DNA from: Candidatus Microgenomates bacterium
GTDB lineage: Bacteria > Patescibacteriota > Microgenomatia > UBA8517
Length of the DNA: 64,000 nucleotides
Reading direction: 5' to 3'
Assembly (NCBI GenBank): GCA_049523135.1
Contig: JBEKNE010000001.1
Coordinates: forward strand, 391,009 to 455,008
Numbering within the stretch: the stretch's first letter is position 1; every line of letters begins with the position of its first letter. The notes beneath the pieces are model-generated. The model was not told the origin of the DNA, did no database searches, and saw only the letters and a list, made by a program, of their open reading frames with translations. The translations under genes and the position numbers were made by a program. This document shows positions 10,192 through 19,568 of the stretch, in pieces.

Positions 10192-10899
10192 ATGAAAATA
10201 CTTACAGTTTCGGGATTGACTGTAGAATTCAATAATCATGTTATCCTGGATGATGTTAGTTTTGAAGTAGAAAGAGGTGATACATTGGCCATAATCGGAC
10301 CGAATGGCGCAGGAAAAACCGTGCTTTTTAGGGCACTTTTAGGCCTCATTCCATATCAAGGAAAAATAACCTGGGATAAGGATGTGAGAATTGGTTATGT
10401 TCCTCAAAAATTAAGTATTCCAAAAGATATTCCGCTTACGGTTGATGAATTTTTACATTTTAAGGAAAAAAATGATGATAAAATCCGTGAGGCGATGGAA
10501 TCGGTTGGTTTTCTTAAAAAAAGTAAGCATTTACATAATGATTTTAGAGTTTTGAATACCAAGATGGGGGCGCTTTCCGGAGGTGAGTTACAGAGGGTTT
10601 TAATTGCCTATGCACATCTTGATGCTCCAAATGTATTGCTTTTTGATGAACCTACAGCAGGGGTTGATGTTTCAGGAGAAGAAACCGTGTACAGTTTGAT
10701 TAATAAACACAAGACAAGAGAAGATCTGACTATCATTTTTATTTCTCACGAACTTCAAGTTGTAAATCAATTTGCCGCCAATGTTCTGTGTCTTAATAAG
10801 GAGAAAGTTTGTTTTGGCCCTCCAAATATTGCGATCGATAAGGAAAGCTTAGCTAAAATGTACGGTGAGGATTTCCATTTATATAAACATCATGAGTGA
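10192..10899 (+). CDS. znuC: Metal (Zn/Mn) ABC transporter ATP-binding protein
   Basis: Walker A GPNGAGKT, ABC signature LSGGELQR, Walker B LLFDEP. ZnuC/MntB-like. Confidence 0.7.
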   Translation: MKILTVSGLTVEFNNHVILDDVSFEVERGDTLAIIGPNGAGKTVLFRALLGLIPYQGKITWDKDVRIGYVPQKLSIPKDIPLTVDEFLHFKEKNDDKIREAMESVGFLKKSKHLHNDFRVLNTKMGALSGGELQRVLIAYAHLDAPNVLLFDEPTAGVDVSGEETVYSLINKHKTREDLTIIFISHELQVVNQFAANVLCLNKEKVCFGPPNIAIDKESLAKMYGEDFHLYKHHE

Positions 10900-11659
10900 T
10901 AATTTATTATTTTTATTGCTTGTAGGTATCCTTGCGGGAGCGGCGTCGGGTTATTTGGGAAGTTTTATGGTTTTGAAGCGCATGTCTTTGGTAGGGGATG
11001 CTCTTAGCCATGTGGCACTTCCGGGGATTGCCATTGCTTTAACATTCGGAATTAATCCAATGCTTGGGGCTTTAACGGCTTTGGTCATTGCGACTTTTGG
11101 AGTTTGGTACTTGGCCGATCATACGGAAGTTTATCCTGAGGCTTTGGTTGGTGTATTTTTTACCGCGAGTCTTTCAATCGGGCTCCTTTTGACTCCCGAA
11201 CCTGATTTGCTGGAAGCACTTTTTGGGAGCATAGATAAAATCGGATTAACGGACGGCCTTATGACTTTGGTGGGGGCAATTGTGATTTTTGTTGTTACTT
11301 TTTATATTTCCAAAAAACTTCTTTTGGGAATTGTTTCCGAAGATTTGGCAAAGTCTCAAAAAATTAATATAAGTAAAATTAATCTAGTTTACCTGCTTTT
11401 AGTGGCGTTAGTTGTTGCACTCGGAGTCAAATTCCTGGGAACTCTTCTGACGGGAGCAATGGTTATTATTCCTGCAGTTACAGCCAAAAATTTAGCCAGA
11501 AGTATAAAAGAATTTCAACTGTTGTCTATTCTTTTTGGCGGAGTCGGATCACTTGGAGGAATATTAATTGCCAGATTTTTAAATATGGCTTCTGGTCCCG
11601 CAGTAGTTCTAACTGCCGTTGTGTTTTTTGTCATTAGTTTTATCTTCAGGAGAAAATGA
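10892..11659 (+). CDS. znuB: ABC-3 family metal ABC transporter permease
   Basis: ABC-3 (ZnuB/MntB) N-terminus LLVGILAGAASGYLGSFMVLKRMSLVGDALSHVALPGIA. ATG at 10892 overlaps the znuC stop (ATGAGTGA). No adjacent substrate-binding protein gene. Confidence 0.7.
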   Translation: MSDNLLFLLLVGILAGAASGYLGSFMVLKRMSLVGDALSHVALPGIAIALTFGINPMLGALTALVIATFGVWYLADHTEVYPEALVGVFFTASLSIGLLLTPEPDLLEALFGSIDKIGLTDGLMTLVGAIVIFVVTFYISKKLLLGIVSEDLAKSQKINISKINLVYLLLVALVVALGVKFLGTLLTGAMVIIPAVTAKNLARSIKEFQLLSILFGGVGSLGGILIARFLNMASGPAVVLTAVVFFVISFIFRRK

Positions 11660-11680
11660 GTGTAAAATAATATTTCATCT

Positions 11681-12295
11681 ATGAGGAATTTCTTTGAAGT
11701 ATTTTTTGATACGGAAACTAAAAGTTTTTTTGATGAGATAACCGGGTACGATGCTTCAAAATTAGGTGTTTCCATAACTTCCGTCTATTCAAGAACACTT
11801 GATGAGAACTTTAATGAAGTTGAGGGGAAGATGAAATCCTTCTGGGAAAAAGATTTCGGAGAAATGTTTAAACTTTTTGAGAAAGCGGACAGAATAATTG
11901 GTTTTAACTCAATAAATTTTGACGTACCGGCTCTTTCCCCGTATTTACCTCCCCATTGGCCGAAATTGAAACATTTTGATATTTTAAATGAAATTAAAAA
12001 AGTAGAAGGCAAAAGAATGTCTCTTAATTCGCTGGCGAAAGCAACACTTGGAACAAAGAAAAATGACAGTGGAGACAATGCTATCAAATATTGGGCGGAG
12101 GGGACGCCCGAATCTTTAGCTAAACTTAAGAAATATTGCGAAATGGATGTGGCTATTACCCGCGATATTTATGACCACGCGATGAAAAACAAAGTTTTAA
12201 AATATATCGATTTTTGGAATGAAACCCATGAAATTAAATTGGATTTTTCATATCCGAAAGATGCCAATACAACGGTACAAAGCAGTTTATTCTAA
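11681..12295 (+). CDS. DEDD-family 3'-5' exonuclease (RNase H-like fold, PolB-exonuclease/YprB-like)
   Basis: ExoI FFDTET, ExoII GFNSINFDVPAL, ExoIII YCEMDVAITRDIY. Confidence 0.55.
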   Translation: MRNFFEVFFDTETKSFFDEITGYDASKLGVSITSVYSRTLDENFNEVEGKMKSFWEKDFGEMFKLFEKADRIIGFNSINFDVPALSPYLPPHWPKLKHFDILNEIKKVEGKRMSLNSLAKATLGTKKNDSGDNAIKYWAEGTPESLAKLKKYCEMDVAITRDIYDHAMKNKVLKYIDFWNETHEIKLDFSYPKDANTTVQSSLF

Positions 12296-12679
12296 TTACT
12301 TCTCCGCCGCTTCGGCTGCCATAGCTTCCTCTTTGGTTTTGTGGATTGTTCCGTCCGGATGGTGTGCCGGAGAATAAACCGTGTAAAGCTTAAGCTCTTT
12401 GTCTTTTGATGTATTTATAATGTTGTGATAATTGCCTGCCGGGACAATTACACAATCTCCTGCGCCTCCCGTGAATTTTTCGTCCGAGATTATAGCTTCC
12501 CATTCTCCCTCCTCAAATCTCAGGAACTGGTCGTTATCTGGGTGTACCTCCATTCCTATTTCCTCACTTGGTTTAAGGGACATGAGTACTAATTGGGAAT
12601 GCGGGGCCGTAAAAATTACATGTCTGAAATAAGTATTTGCAATAGTGTCTTTTTCCAAGTTACCTTTGTATCCTGCCAT
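12296..12679 (-). CDS. Cupin-domain protein
   Basis: 127 aa with cupin motifs (G..H.H...E...G...P.G..H). Stop codon abuts the stop of the convergent exonuclease gene. Confidence 0.55.
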   Translation of the reverse strand: MAGYKGNLEKDTIANTYFRHVIFTAPHSQLVLMSLKPSEEIGMEVHPDNDQFLRFEEGEWEAIISDEKFTGGAGDCVIVPAGNYHNIINTSKDKELKLYTVYSPAHHPDGTIHKTKEEAMAAEAAEK

Positions 12680-12725
12680 AATTTATCACCTCCAATCTTT
12701 AAATCCATTGTATACTAATCTTGCA

Positions 12726-13538
12726 ATGAAAATTATAGCCAAAATATTTTTGTCGTTACTATTTATCTTATTTTTTATAATATTTTCGCTGTCTTTAACT
12801 TTTAAATTTCAATTTTTAAATGAAAATTTTTGGTTAAATACTTTTGGTGCAAATGGTACCTACATTAAACTTTCCCAGGTTATTAATGATAATCTGGAAA
12901 ATCAAGTTGTTTCCCAAGGGGGCAAAGCCAGCGATGTAAAAGTATTGACTGATCTGGTAACGCCCATGAATTTAGAAGATATTGTCGACAAAAATATTGA
13001 AAATTTTTTGGGTTTTGTAAACGGTAAAAATAATCAGATTATGTTGTATCTTCCGGTAAGCGAAGTTCCAAGTTCTCTAATTCCGAAAAGTTCAGAAGAA
13101 ACCGGTGATGAAATTAGCCTGCAGGAATTTCTAAAAGAAGCGAACATTAATTTGATTTCGGATTCCCAAATAGAAAATATCAGGGTTCTAAGTATAGCGA
13201 CTAATATTGCACTTTTCTCTTCAACAGTTCTTTTAATTCTTATCTTGTTGGCTTTATATAAGTTAACCGATCAAAGCAAGAGATTTGGTTTTATAGGTGG
13301 TACGTTGCTTTTTTCCGGAATACTGATTTTTATTGGAGCCGAGATACTGGTTATTTTGAGAACAAGCTTAGCAAATTACTTACCTGGTGGAGCCGATTTG
13401 GCCCGGGCAATTGTGGGGGTTACCATTCCGCCGCTTTTAGAGGAAATATTACGGTTTTGGCTTGTGGAGGCAATAATTGCTTTTGGGATAGGTATACTTT
13501 TGTTTTTTGTAAAGAAGCCGTATAATAGGCAGAAGTGA
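12726..13538 (+). CDS. Hypothetical membrane protein (N- and C-terminal TM segments)
   Basis: ATG at 12726 preferred over the GTG at 12645, which overlaps the cupin gene. Hydrophobic segments at both ends. Confidence 0.4.
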   Translation: MKIIAKIFLSLLFILFFIIFSLSLTFKFQFLNENFWLNTFGANGTYIKLSQVINDNLENQVVSQGGKASDVKVLTDLVTPMNLEDIVDKNIENFLGFVNGKNNQIMLYLPVSEVPSSLIPKSSEETGDEISLQEFLKEANINLISDSQIENIRVLSIATNIALFSSTVLLILILLALYKLTDQSKRFGFIGGTLLFSGILIFIGAEILVILRTSLANYLPGGADLARAIVGVTIPPLLEEILRFWLVEAIIAFGIGILLFFVKKPYNRQK

Positions 13539-14023
13539 AATATTTTATTGCAATTTTTGTGACCGCAGTAATTGTTTTTCTTGGAGCAACCGTTTATTAC
13601 AAAGGTCTTCCTTCTTTTCCGGAGTATTCCAAAACTGCCGTTTCAACCCAAAGTGGAGTCACAGTGGAATCAACAGAAACCATAGCTTCCTCTACAGCTT
13701 TGCCTTCAGCCTCTCCCACATCCGATGTCAATTCAGTATTAATAGCGGCAGTTAAAGCAGCACTTGTTGCAGAACACGGACAGGATGCAGAGTCTTTAGT
13801 TGTTACGGTTTCAAAAATTGAAGGAAACTATGCTCAGGGAGATGCTTCCGCTCAAGCCGGAGGGGCAATATGGTATGCGGCAAAGATAGGGGAAGATTGG
13901 AAACTGGTTTGGGACGGAAACGGACAAATTGACTGCAGTTCTCTTTCTTCATATCCGAATTTTCCTACCGATATGATTTCCGAATGTTGGGACACGGCAA
14001 CAAATAAAGTCGTAACACGTTAG
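13535..14023 (+). CDS. Hypothetical secreted/membrane-anchored protein
   Basis: N-terminal signal anchor, S/T/A-rich linker, start overlaps the upstream stop. Confidence 0.35.
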   Translation: MKYFIAIFVTAVIVFLGATVYYKGLPSFPEYSKTAVSTQSGVTVESTETIASSTALPSASPTSDVNSVLIAAVKAALVAEHGQDAESLVVTVSKIEGNYAQGDASAQAGGAIWYAAKIGEDWKLVWDGNGQIDCSSLSSYPNFPTDMISECWDTATNKVVTR

Positions 14024-14045
14024 TCGTTACTGATATAATTCTCAT

Positions 14046-14882
14046 ATGGCCTCCGATAAATATTCCGCAACTTGGGTTTCACACTCCTCTATTTCAGACT
14101 TTTTAAAATGTCCTAGAGCTTATTATCTTAGGAATGTATATAAAGATCCGAAAACAGGACATAAAATGACAATTACGTCTCCTCCTTTGGCTCTCGGGCA
14201 GGCCGTTCATGAAGTAATAGAATCTTTAGCGGTTTTACCGGTTGATGAAAGATTAAAAATTTCTTTGGTTAAAAAACTGGATCCGGCTTGGCTGAAAATT
14301 ACAGGAAAAAGAGGAGGATTTAAAACTCACTCCGAAGAAATGATTTATAGGGATAGGGCAGAAAAGATGCTTATAAACTTACAGGAAGACCCTGGCCCGA
14401 TTTTAGAAAAGGCTATAAAAATTAAGTCCAAAATGAATCTCCCAAATTATTTTCTTTCGGAAGAAGATAATATTATTCTTTGCGGCAAAATTGACTGGCT
14501 GAAATACGAAGAAGAAACCGACTCGGTTCATATAATTGATTTCAAGACAGGGAAAAACGAGGAGCCTGAAGATTCGCTCCAATTACCCATTTATCTACTT
14601 CTTGCCACAAATACTCAGAGTAAAAAAGTAACGGGGGCTTCTTATTGGTACCTCGATCGCGATGATGGAATAGTTGAGAAAAAGTTACCCGATATTGGGC
14701 AGTCTTTCGAAAAGGTTTATAAAATTGCCAGGAGAATAAAGCTGGCGAGGCAAATTAATCATTTCAAATGTCCCAAAAACAGCTGTTTTGCCTGTAGGCC
14801 TTATGAGAGAATTCTAAAGGGGGAGGGGGAAATGGTTGGAGTATCCGATACCAGGCAGGATGTTTATGTATTGGATGACTGA
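14046..14882 (+). CDS. PD-(D/E)XK nuclease, Cas4/RecB-family with predicted 4Fe-4S cluster (orphan, no CRISPR nearby)
   Basis: N-terminal CPRAYY cysteine. IIDFKTGK (D..K) and QLPIY (QhxxY) motifs. C-terminal CPKNSCFACRPY cysteine triad. Confidence 0.6.
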   Translation: MASDKYSATWVSHSSISDFLKCPRAYYLRNVYKDPKTGHKMTITSPPLALGQAVHEVIESLAVLPVDERLKISLVKKLDPAWLKITGKRGGFKTHSEEMIYRDRAEKMLINLQEDPGPILEKAIKIKSKMNLPNYFLSEEDNIILCGKIDWLKYEEETDSVHIIDFKTGKNEEPEDSLQLPIYLLLATNTQSKKVTGASYWYLDRDDGIVEKKLPDIGQSFEKVYKIARRIKLARQINHFKCPKNSCFACRPYERILKGEGEMVGVSDTRQDVYVLDD

Positions 14883-15151
14883 TAGGGTGGAATAATATTA
14901 AAGGTAAAGAAATCCTCGGTACTTACTATTCTATTTAATTTTCGACGAGGATATATAATATCAACTTTATGTTCCTCTTCAAAACTTTCTAGATGACCTA
15001 TTATTCTGGATATTAAAACCAAGTCTTCTACTTGGGATAAACCCCTGCTTTGATAAAGTTCACTTTTACAATCAGCACAATAAGCTAAGACGTTGGTACC
15101 TTTATGTATCTGAACGATTGTGGGTTTTTCCTGGTTTTCTATTTCTTTCAT
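14864..15151 (-). CDS. Hypothetical small protein (possible C-x2-C...H metal-binding)
   Basis: 95-aa ORF immediately downstream of the LCP gene on the same strand. No recognisable family. Confidence 0.3.
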   Translation of the reverse strand: MKEIENQEKPTIVQIHKGTNVLAYCADCKSELYQSRGLSQVEDLVLISRIIGHLESFEEEHKVDIIYPRRKLNRIVSTEDFFTFNIIPPYQSSNT

Positions 15152-15159
15152 AAGCTAAG

Positions 15160-16203
15160 TTAATTGTTTAAAGCAGTTTTTATGTAAGATTGAATCTCCG
15201 AGAAATCAAAATTTCCTGACTTTGGAATTAGAATATATTGTCCGTCGCTACTGGTACTTTCATTTAGAACATTGTCCGTTGTCAGTTGAATTTGTTTAAC
15301 ACTGTAAGCTTTAGGATCTCCAAAGACCTGAATCAGGCTTTTGATTGTCCCTGTATTTAAATCTGTTTGTACAATTTGGCTAATCGTATTTACTATATCG
15401 TCAAATTTATTTGCCGCTTGAAGGGAAATAAGTTTGTTTTCAATTCCGGTTAAGACTGCAAATTGACGTAAACTTCTGGCGAAGTCGGAATCTCCGTGGC
15501 GTGAACGGACAAATTTCAGGGCGGTAGTTCCGTCGAGATTTGTCGGACCTTTATCAAAGTGAAGTTGCTCATAACGGCAAGTGAATTGTGTTTCCAGTTG
15601 GTATCCGGAATATTTTGCCTTGAGAGCATTAATTTGGTCCTCCGTAAACCCGCAGGTGTTATTTTCCTGACCCGTAATGGGATAAAAAGGATCGCTGAAT
15701 GTAACGGGTACCTGGACGGTAACTCCTCCAAGATCGTCAATAATCTTCGTAAATCCTCCAAAGTCTACAGAAACAAAATAGTTAATTGGTAGACCGGTTA
15801 CGGAGGTAATTGTAGGACCAACGTTTTGGAAGCCGTTTGTTGAGCCGACAGAATTAATTTTATGACCTCCCGTTATCCAAAGATCGCGGGGGACAGAAAT
15901 AAAAGCCACCTTTTTGGTATTAGTATCGACATGAATTACTATCATACTGTCGGTAAGAAGCGCTCCGTCATGTCCCGCTCCTCCGTAGCCCAAGAAAAGA
16001 ATATTGTAAACACCTTTTTGAGGGACCACCCCGTTAATTGGTTTTGGGGTAGCGAGAGCGAAAGAATTTGGAGTTGGAGAAACAAAAGGGTTTTTAACAA
16101 AAATTTTTGAAAGGGTCAGAGCAAGATATGTTCCGCCGAATCCAATCAAAAAAGTTCCCGTTAAAAGTAAATAAAATATTATTTTTTTCAACTTGAATAT
16201 CAT
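15160..16203 (-). CDS. LCP (LytR-CpsA-Psr) family cell-envelope glycopolymer transferase
   Basis: ILFLGYGGAGHDGALLTDSMIVIHVDTNTKKVAFISVPRDLWI is the LCP core. Start chosen at the ATG at 16203 (MIFKLKKIIFYLLL TM anchor) rather than 16332, which overlaps tspO. Confidence 0.75.
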   Translation of the reverse strand: MIFKLKKIIFYLLLTGTFLIGFGGTYLALTLSKIFVKNPFVSPTPNSFALATPKPINGVVPQKGVYNILFLGYGGAGHDGALLTDSMIVIHVDTNTKKVAFISVPRDLWITGGHKINSVGSTNGFQNVGPTITSVTGLPINYFVSVDFGGFTKIIDDLGGVTVQVPVTFSDPFYPITGQENNTCGFTEDQINALKAKYSGYQLETQFTCRYEQLHFDKGPTNLDGTTALKFVRSRHGDSDFARSLRQFAVLTGIENKLISLQAANKFDDIVNTISQIVQTDLNTGTIKSLIQVFGDPKAYSVKQIQLTTDNVLNESTSSDGQYILIPKSGNFDFSEIQSYIKTALNN

Positions 16204-16228
16204 TATACAGTAGAGGTAAGATAATATT

Positions 16229-16702
16229 GTGAATAGATTCTTAAAGTATGTCATATCAATTGGGATTTCTTTATTTGTTGGGGGTTTGGGTAGTATTTTC
16301 ACAATTTCTTCAATTCCGGTTTGGTACGCCACTTTAAATAAACCCTCGTTTAGTCCTCCAAATTGGCTTTTTGGCCCCGTTTGGACAATCCTATATATCT
16401 TAATGGGGATAAGTGTTGCTCTTGTTTGGGAAAAAGGCCTGAAAACTAAAAAAGTCCGTGATGCAATTTATTTGTTTATTATTCAACTAATCTTCAATGC
16501 TATCTGGACGCCAATATTTTTCGGAGCTCGAAATATTTTTCTTGGGCTAATAGTAATAATCTTAATGTGGATTTTTATTTTGAAGATAATTTTGGCTTTC
16601 GGAAAAATAAATAAAACTGCAAGTTACCTGCTTTACCCTTATATTACTTGGGTAAGTTTTGCAACCATTCTTAACTTCTCCGTTTGGATTTTGAACAGAT
16701 AG
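16229..16702 (+). CDS. tspO: TspO/MBR family (tryptophan-rich sensory protein / translocator protein)
   Basis: 157 aa, 5 TM helices. WYATLNKPSFSPPNWLFGPVWTILY and W/Y-rich motifs. Confidence 0.75.
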   Translation: MNRFLKYVISIGISLFVGGLGSIFTISSIPVWYATLNKPSFSPPNWLFGPVWTILYILMGISVALVWEKGLKTKKVRDAIYLFIIQLIFNAIWTPIFFGARNIFLGLIVIILMWIFILKIILAFGKINKTASYLLYPYITWVSFATILNFSVWILNR

Positions 16703-16706
16703 ATAA

Positions 16707-16712
16707 TATAAT
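16707..16712 (+). promoter_or_regulatory. TATAAT -10 hexamer, 9 nt upstream of the glyQS ATG (TTGGAT -35 at 16684-16689, 17-nt spacer)
   Basis: ttggat-n17-TATAAT-tctttttat-ATG. Embedded in the 3' end of tspO. Confidence 0.4.
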
Positions 16713-16721
16713 TCTTTTTAT

Positions 16722-18005
16722 ATGGACTTGATGGAGAAAATTGCTTCACTTGCAAAACGCCGTGGATTTATTTTTCAGGGGAGTGAAATTTACGGAGGAT
16801 ACCAAGGATTTTGGGATTACGGTCCACTTGGAACCGAACTGAAGAATAATGTCAAAAAGGAGTGGTGGAAAACAATGGTTTACAAAAGAGAGGACGTCGT
16901 TGGAATGGATGCGGCGATAGTAATGAATCCTATTACCTGGGAAAAATCGGGCCACCTTAAGGCTTTGACTGACCTACTGGTTGAATGCAAGGTTTGTCAT
17001 AAAAGAGTAAGGGCAGATAATGAAGAATTGATTGCCGATCATGAGAAGCTTCATGATGGCAAAAAAGATATTTGGACGGAACCCAAAAATTTTAATCTGA
17101 TGACGGAAGTCTTTCTAGGAACGACAGAACCCAAAGAGAAGGCTTATCTTAGGGGGGAAATTACTCAGGGGGTTTTTGTAAATTTTAAAAATGTAGTTGA
17201 TTCAACCCGCATCAAAATTCCCTTCGGAATTGCACAAATCGGAAAAGCATTCAGAAACGAAATAACTCCCGGGAATTTAACTTTCCGTTCGCGCGAATTT
17301 GAACAGATGGAACTTGAATATTTTGTTAAACCGGATGAAAAAGAAAGTAAGAAAACTTTTGAAGAATTTAAGGAAATCAGAATTAATTGGTACAAGAGTC
17401 TTGGAATGAATCTGGATAAACTTCATTTCCATGACCACGAACCTGAAAAGAGAGCCCACTATGCCAGATATGCCACGGATATTGAATATCAGGCCCCATT
17501 CGGATGGAGTGAAATGGAAGGAATTCACCACAGAGGGGATTATGATTTGAAAAATCACGGCTTAAAATACCACGATGATATGACGGGAGAAGAATTTATT
17601 CCCTGGGTTATTGAAACTTCGGGCGGAGTCGATAGGGCAATGCTGTTCTTTTTAATTGATGCATATAAGGAAGAGGGAAAAAGAGTTCTTTTAAAACTCG
17701 ATCCGAAACTGGCGCCGTATAAAGTGGCTGTTTTTCCGCTTTTGAAAAATAAACCGGAGTTGGTAGAAAAAGCCAGAGGGATTTATAACGAATTGAAGAA
17801 AAATTTTGTTGTAGTTTGGGATGAACGGGGAAACATCGGCAAACGCTATTTTGCACAGGATGAAATAGGAACTCCGTGGTGTGTCACAGCTGATTTTCAG
17901 ACACTTGATGATAATACTGTGACGGTACGTGATAGAGATACCGCTAAGCAAGAGAGGATCTCTATTGACAAATTAACGGAATATTTCCAAAATAAATTGA
18001 AGTGA
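16722..18005 (+). CDS. glyQS: Glycine--tRNA ligase (alpha2 homodimeric class II type)
   Basis: MDLMEKIASLAKRRGFIFQGSEIYGGYQGFWDYGPLGTELKNNVKKEWW is the canonical GlyRS N-terminus. Confidence 0.85.
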   Translation: MDLMEKIASLAKRRGFIFQGSEIYGGYQGFWDYGPLGTELKNNVKKEWWKTMVYKREDVVGMDAAIVMNPITWEKSGHLKALTDLLVECKVCHKRVRADNEELIADHEKLHDGKKDIWTEPKNFNLMTEVFLGTTEPKEKAYLRGEITQGVFVNFKNVVDSTRIKIPFGIAQIGKAFRNEITPGNLTFRSREFEQMELEYFVKPDEKESKKTFEEFKEIRINWYKSLGMNLDKLHFHDHEPEKRAHYARYATDIEYQAPFGWSEMEGIHHRGDYDLKNHGLKYHDDMTGEEFIPWVIETSGGVDRAMLFFLIDAYKEEGKRVLLKLDPKLAPYKVAVFPLLKNKPELVEKARGIYNELKKNFVVVWDERGNIGKRYFAQDEIGTPWCVTADFQTLDDNTVTVRDRDTAKQERISIDKLTEYFQNKLK

Positions 18006-18670
18006 AAAAATTTATACCTGTTTTGATTGGAATAGGAGTTATAATTGTTGCGGTTGTGGCCTTCTTTGTGATTAGAGGTTCCAAGGGGAGTTCTTCATCC
18101 AGTTCGGGAAGTGAGGAGGCCAATACACCCCTTCTTCCCGAGAGCGAGTGGCCAGCCATTTCTCTTACTCCGACAAGTGACCCGACGGTTTCGGGGTCTC
18201 TTGGTCATTGGCTGGATTTTAAGGTTGAGAAAATCAACGTTCAGGGCGCCACCTCAATGGATTACCTTTTGGTATATAACACCAGCGACGGAGGCCAACA
18301 AGGGGTTCCAGGGACCGTTAAACTGACCGGAGGAGATATCGACAGACCTCTTCTTCTGGGTTCAGAATCCTCCGGAAAATACAGGTACGATGATGGAGTT
18401 GAGCAGGGAACAATGACGATTACTTTTCGAGATTCAAACGGCAAATCCGTAGGTAAGCTGGCAACGGATTTTCATCTTCAGACGGGAGTTACAGCCTTGA
18501 CGTCTGTTGACGGGACTTTTACGTATAACTTGGATAAGATTGCTAAAAATGTTTATTTTGTAACAATGAAGACTTATCTTGAGCCTACAGTAGCTTCAGT
18601 GGTTTGGCAGAATGGCTATGGAGTTTTTGCTTCAGACGGTAAAGTCCATTCAGGAAAATTAGCTCAGTGA
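18002..18670 (+). CDS. Hypothetical secreted protein (signal anchor plus poly-Ser linker)
   Basis: N-terminal TM, then GSKGSSSSSSGSEE linker, then a beta-rich region. Confidence 0.4.
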   Translation: MKKFIPVLIGIGVIIVAVVAFFVIRGSKGSSSSSSGSEEANTPLLPESEWPAISLTPTSDPTVSGSLGHWLDFKVEKINVQGATSMDYLLVYNTSDGGQQGVPGTVKLTGGDIDRPLLLGSESSGKYRYDDGVEQGTMTITFRDSNGKSVGKLATDFHLQTGVTALTSVDGTFTYNLDKIAKNVYFVTMKTYLEPTVASVVWQNGYGVFASDGKVHSGKLAQ

Positions 18671-19002
18671 TCCTTTTTATAATCTTCCAGTTTTGATTTA
18701 ATATAGCTTAGCGCCTTATGATCGTTAAATGCAGTGTAAAGTACTGCAACACGATCCGCTGAACCAATAAAATCCTCTATTAGAAAAAGTTTTCCAGCCC
18801 GAAGATTTTCGGTATTGATAGTAGGTTGTTCTCCAGGCCTTAGCCCACGAGCTTTGGCAATTTTATCAATTTTTTGTAAATTCCTGGCCAACTCACGCCT
18901 GTCGACCGTTGTACACATTTGACCAAGTGAACTAAGTGTACTGGAGAGCGTAAAATTCACTTCCACCCTGTCTTTATTCATATTCAAATCGGATTGTATC
19001 AC
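18664..19002 (-). CDS. Hypothetical protein, divergent from mraZ
   Basis: 112-aa ORF with no recognisable motif. Confidence 0.3.
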   Translation of the reverse strand: MIQSDLNMNKDRVEVNFTLSSTLSSLGQMCTTVDRRELARNLQKIDKIAKARGLRPGEQPTINTENLRAGKLFLIEDFIGSADRVAVLYTAFNDHKALSYIKSKLEDYKKDH

Positions 19003-19039
19003 CCGATTTATTTATAAGCAATTTTTGTTGTGAAAGTAC

Positions 19040-19068
19040 TTGACATGCTCGTGAAAATAGTCTTTAAT
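19040..19068 (+). promoter_or_regulatory. Sigma70-type Pmra promoter (TTGACA-17-TTTAAT)
   Basis: TTGACA at 19040-19045, 17-nt spacer, TTTAAT at 19063-19068. About 56-nt leader to the mraZ ATG. Confidence 0.55.
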
Positions 19069-19091
19069 GGTTATTAATGGTGAGAAATGGT
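19065..19091 (+). promoter_or_regulatory. Three direct repeats (T/A)AATGGT on an exact 10-bp pitch: candidate MraZ operator boxes
   Basis: TAATGGT at 19065, TAATGGT at 19075, AAATGGT at 19085. The first overlaps the -10 hexamer. Confidence 0.45.
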
Positions 19092-19130
19092 AGTAACCAT
19101 CTCTTACCACATCTGCCCAGATGAAAGAAA

Positions 19131-19568
19131 ATGTTTGTTGGAACATATTTAGTCAGTGTGACTTCAGGAAAGAGAACCTCTGTCCCCTCAGTTTTCCGTT
19201 CGAAACTAGGAAAATCGGCAATTTTAGCCAGATGGTATGAGGGCTGTCTTGTTCTGGTGGGGACTGACAGCTGGAATGCACTTTTAGAACGAACAACAGG
19301 AGGAGAGCGGATGATTGTTGAACCGGTCAGACAAACTGAACATTTCATATACGCTTCGGCTTTTGAAGTTGAAGCTGACGATCAGGGAAGGATAGTTTTG
19401 CCCGAGAGGCTTATCACATACGCCAATTTGGGTTCGCAGGTTTATTTTTTGGGAGTCGGGGACAGGATTGAAATTTGGAATAAAGAAGCTTGGGAGAAGA
19501 AAGAAGCTGAAGTGGCAGCCGACGCAGCAAGCTATATAGAAAGAATAGCTACGAAAAATGGAAGGTAA
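19131..19568 (+). CDS. mraZ: Transcriptional regulator MraZ
   Basis: 145 aa, duplicated MraZ/SpoVT-AbrB halves, GRIVLPERL motif. First gene of the dcw cluster. Confidence 0.8.
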   Translation: MFVGTYLVSVTSGKRTSVPSVFRSKLGKSAILARWYEGCLVLVGTDSWNALLERTTGGERMIVEPVRQTEHFIYASAFEVEADDQGRIVLPERLITYANLGSQVYFLGVGDRIEIWNKEAWEKKEAEVAADAASYIERIATKNGR

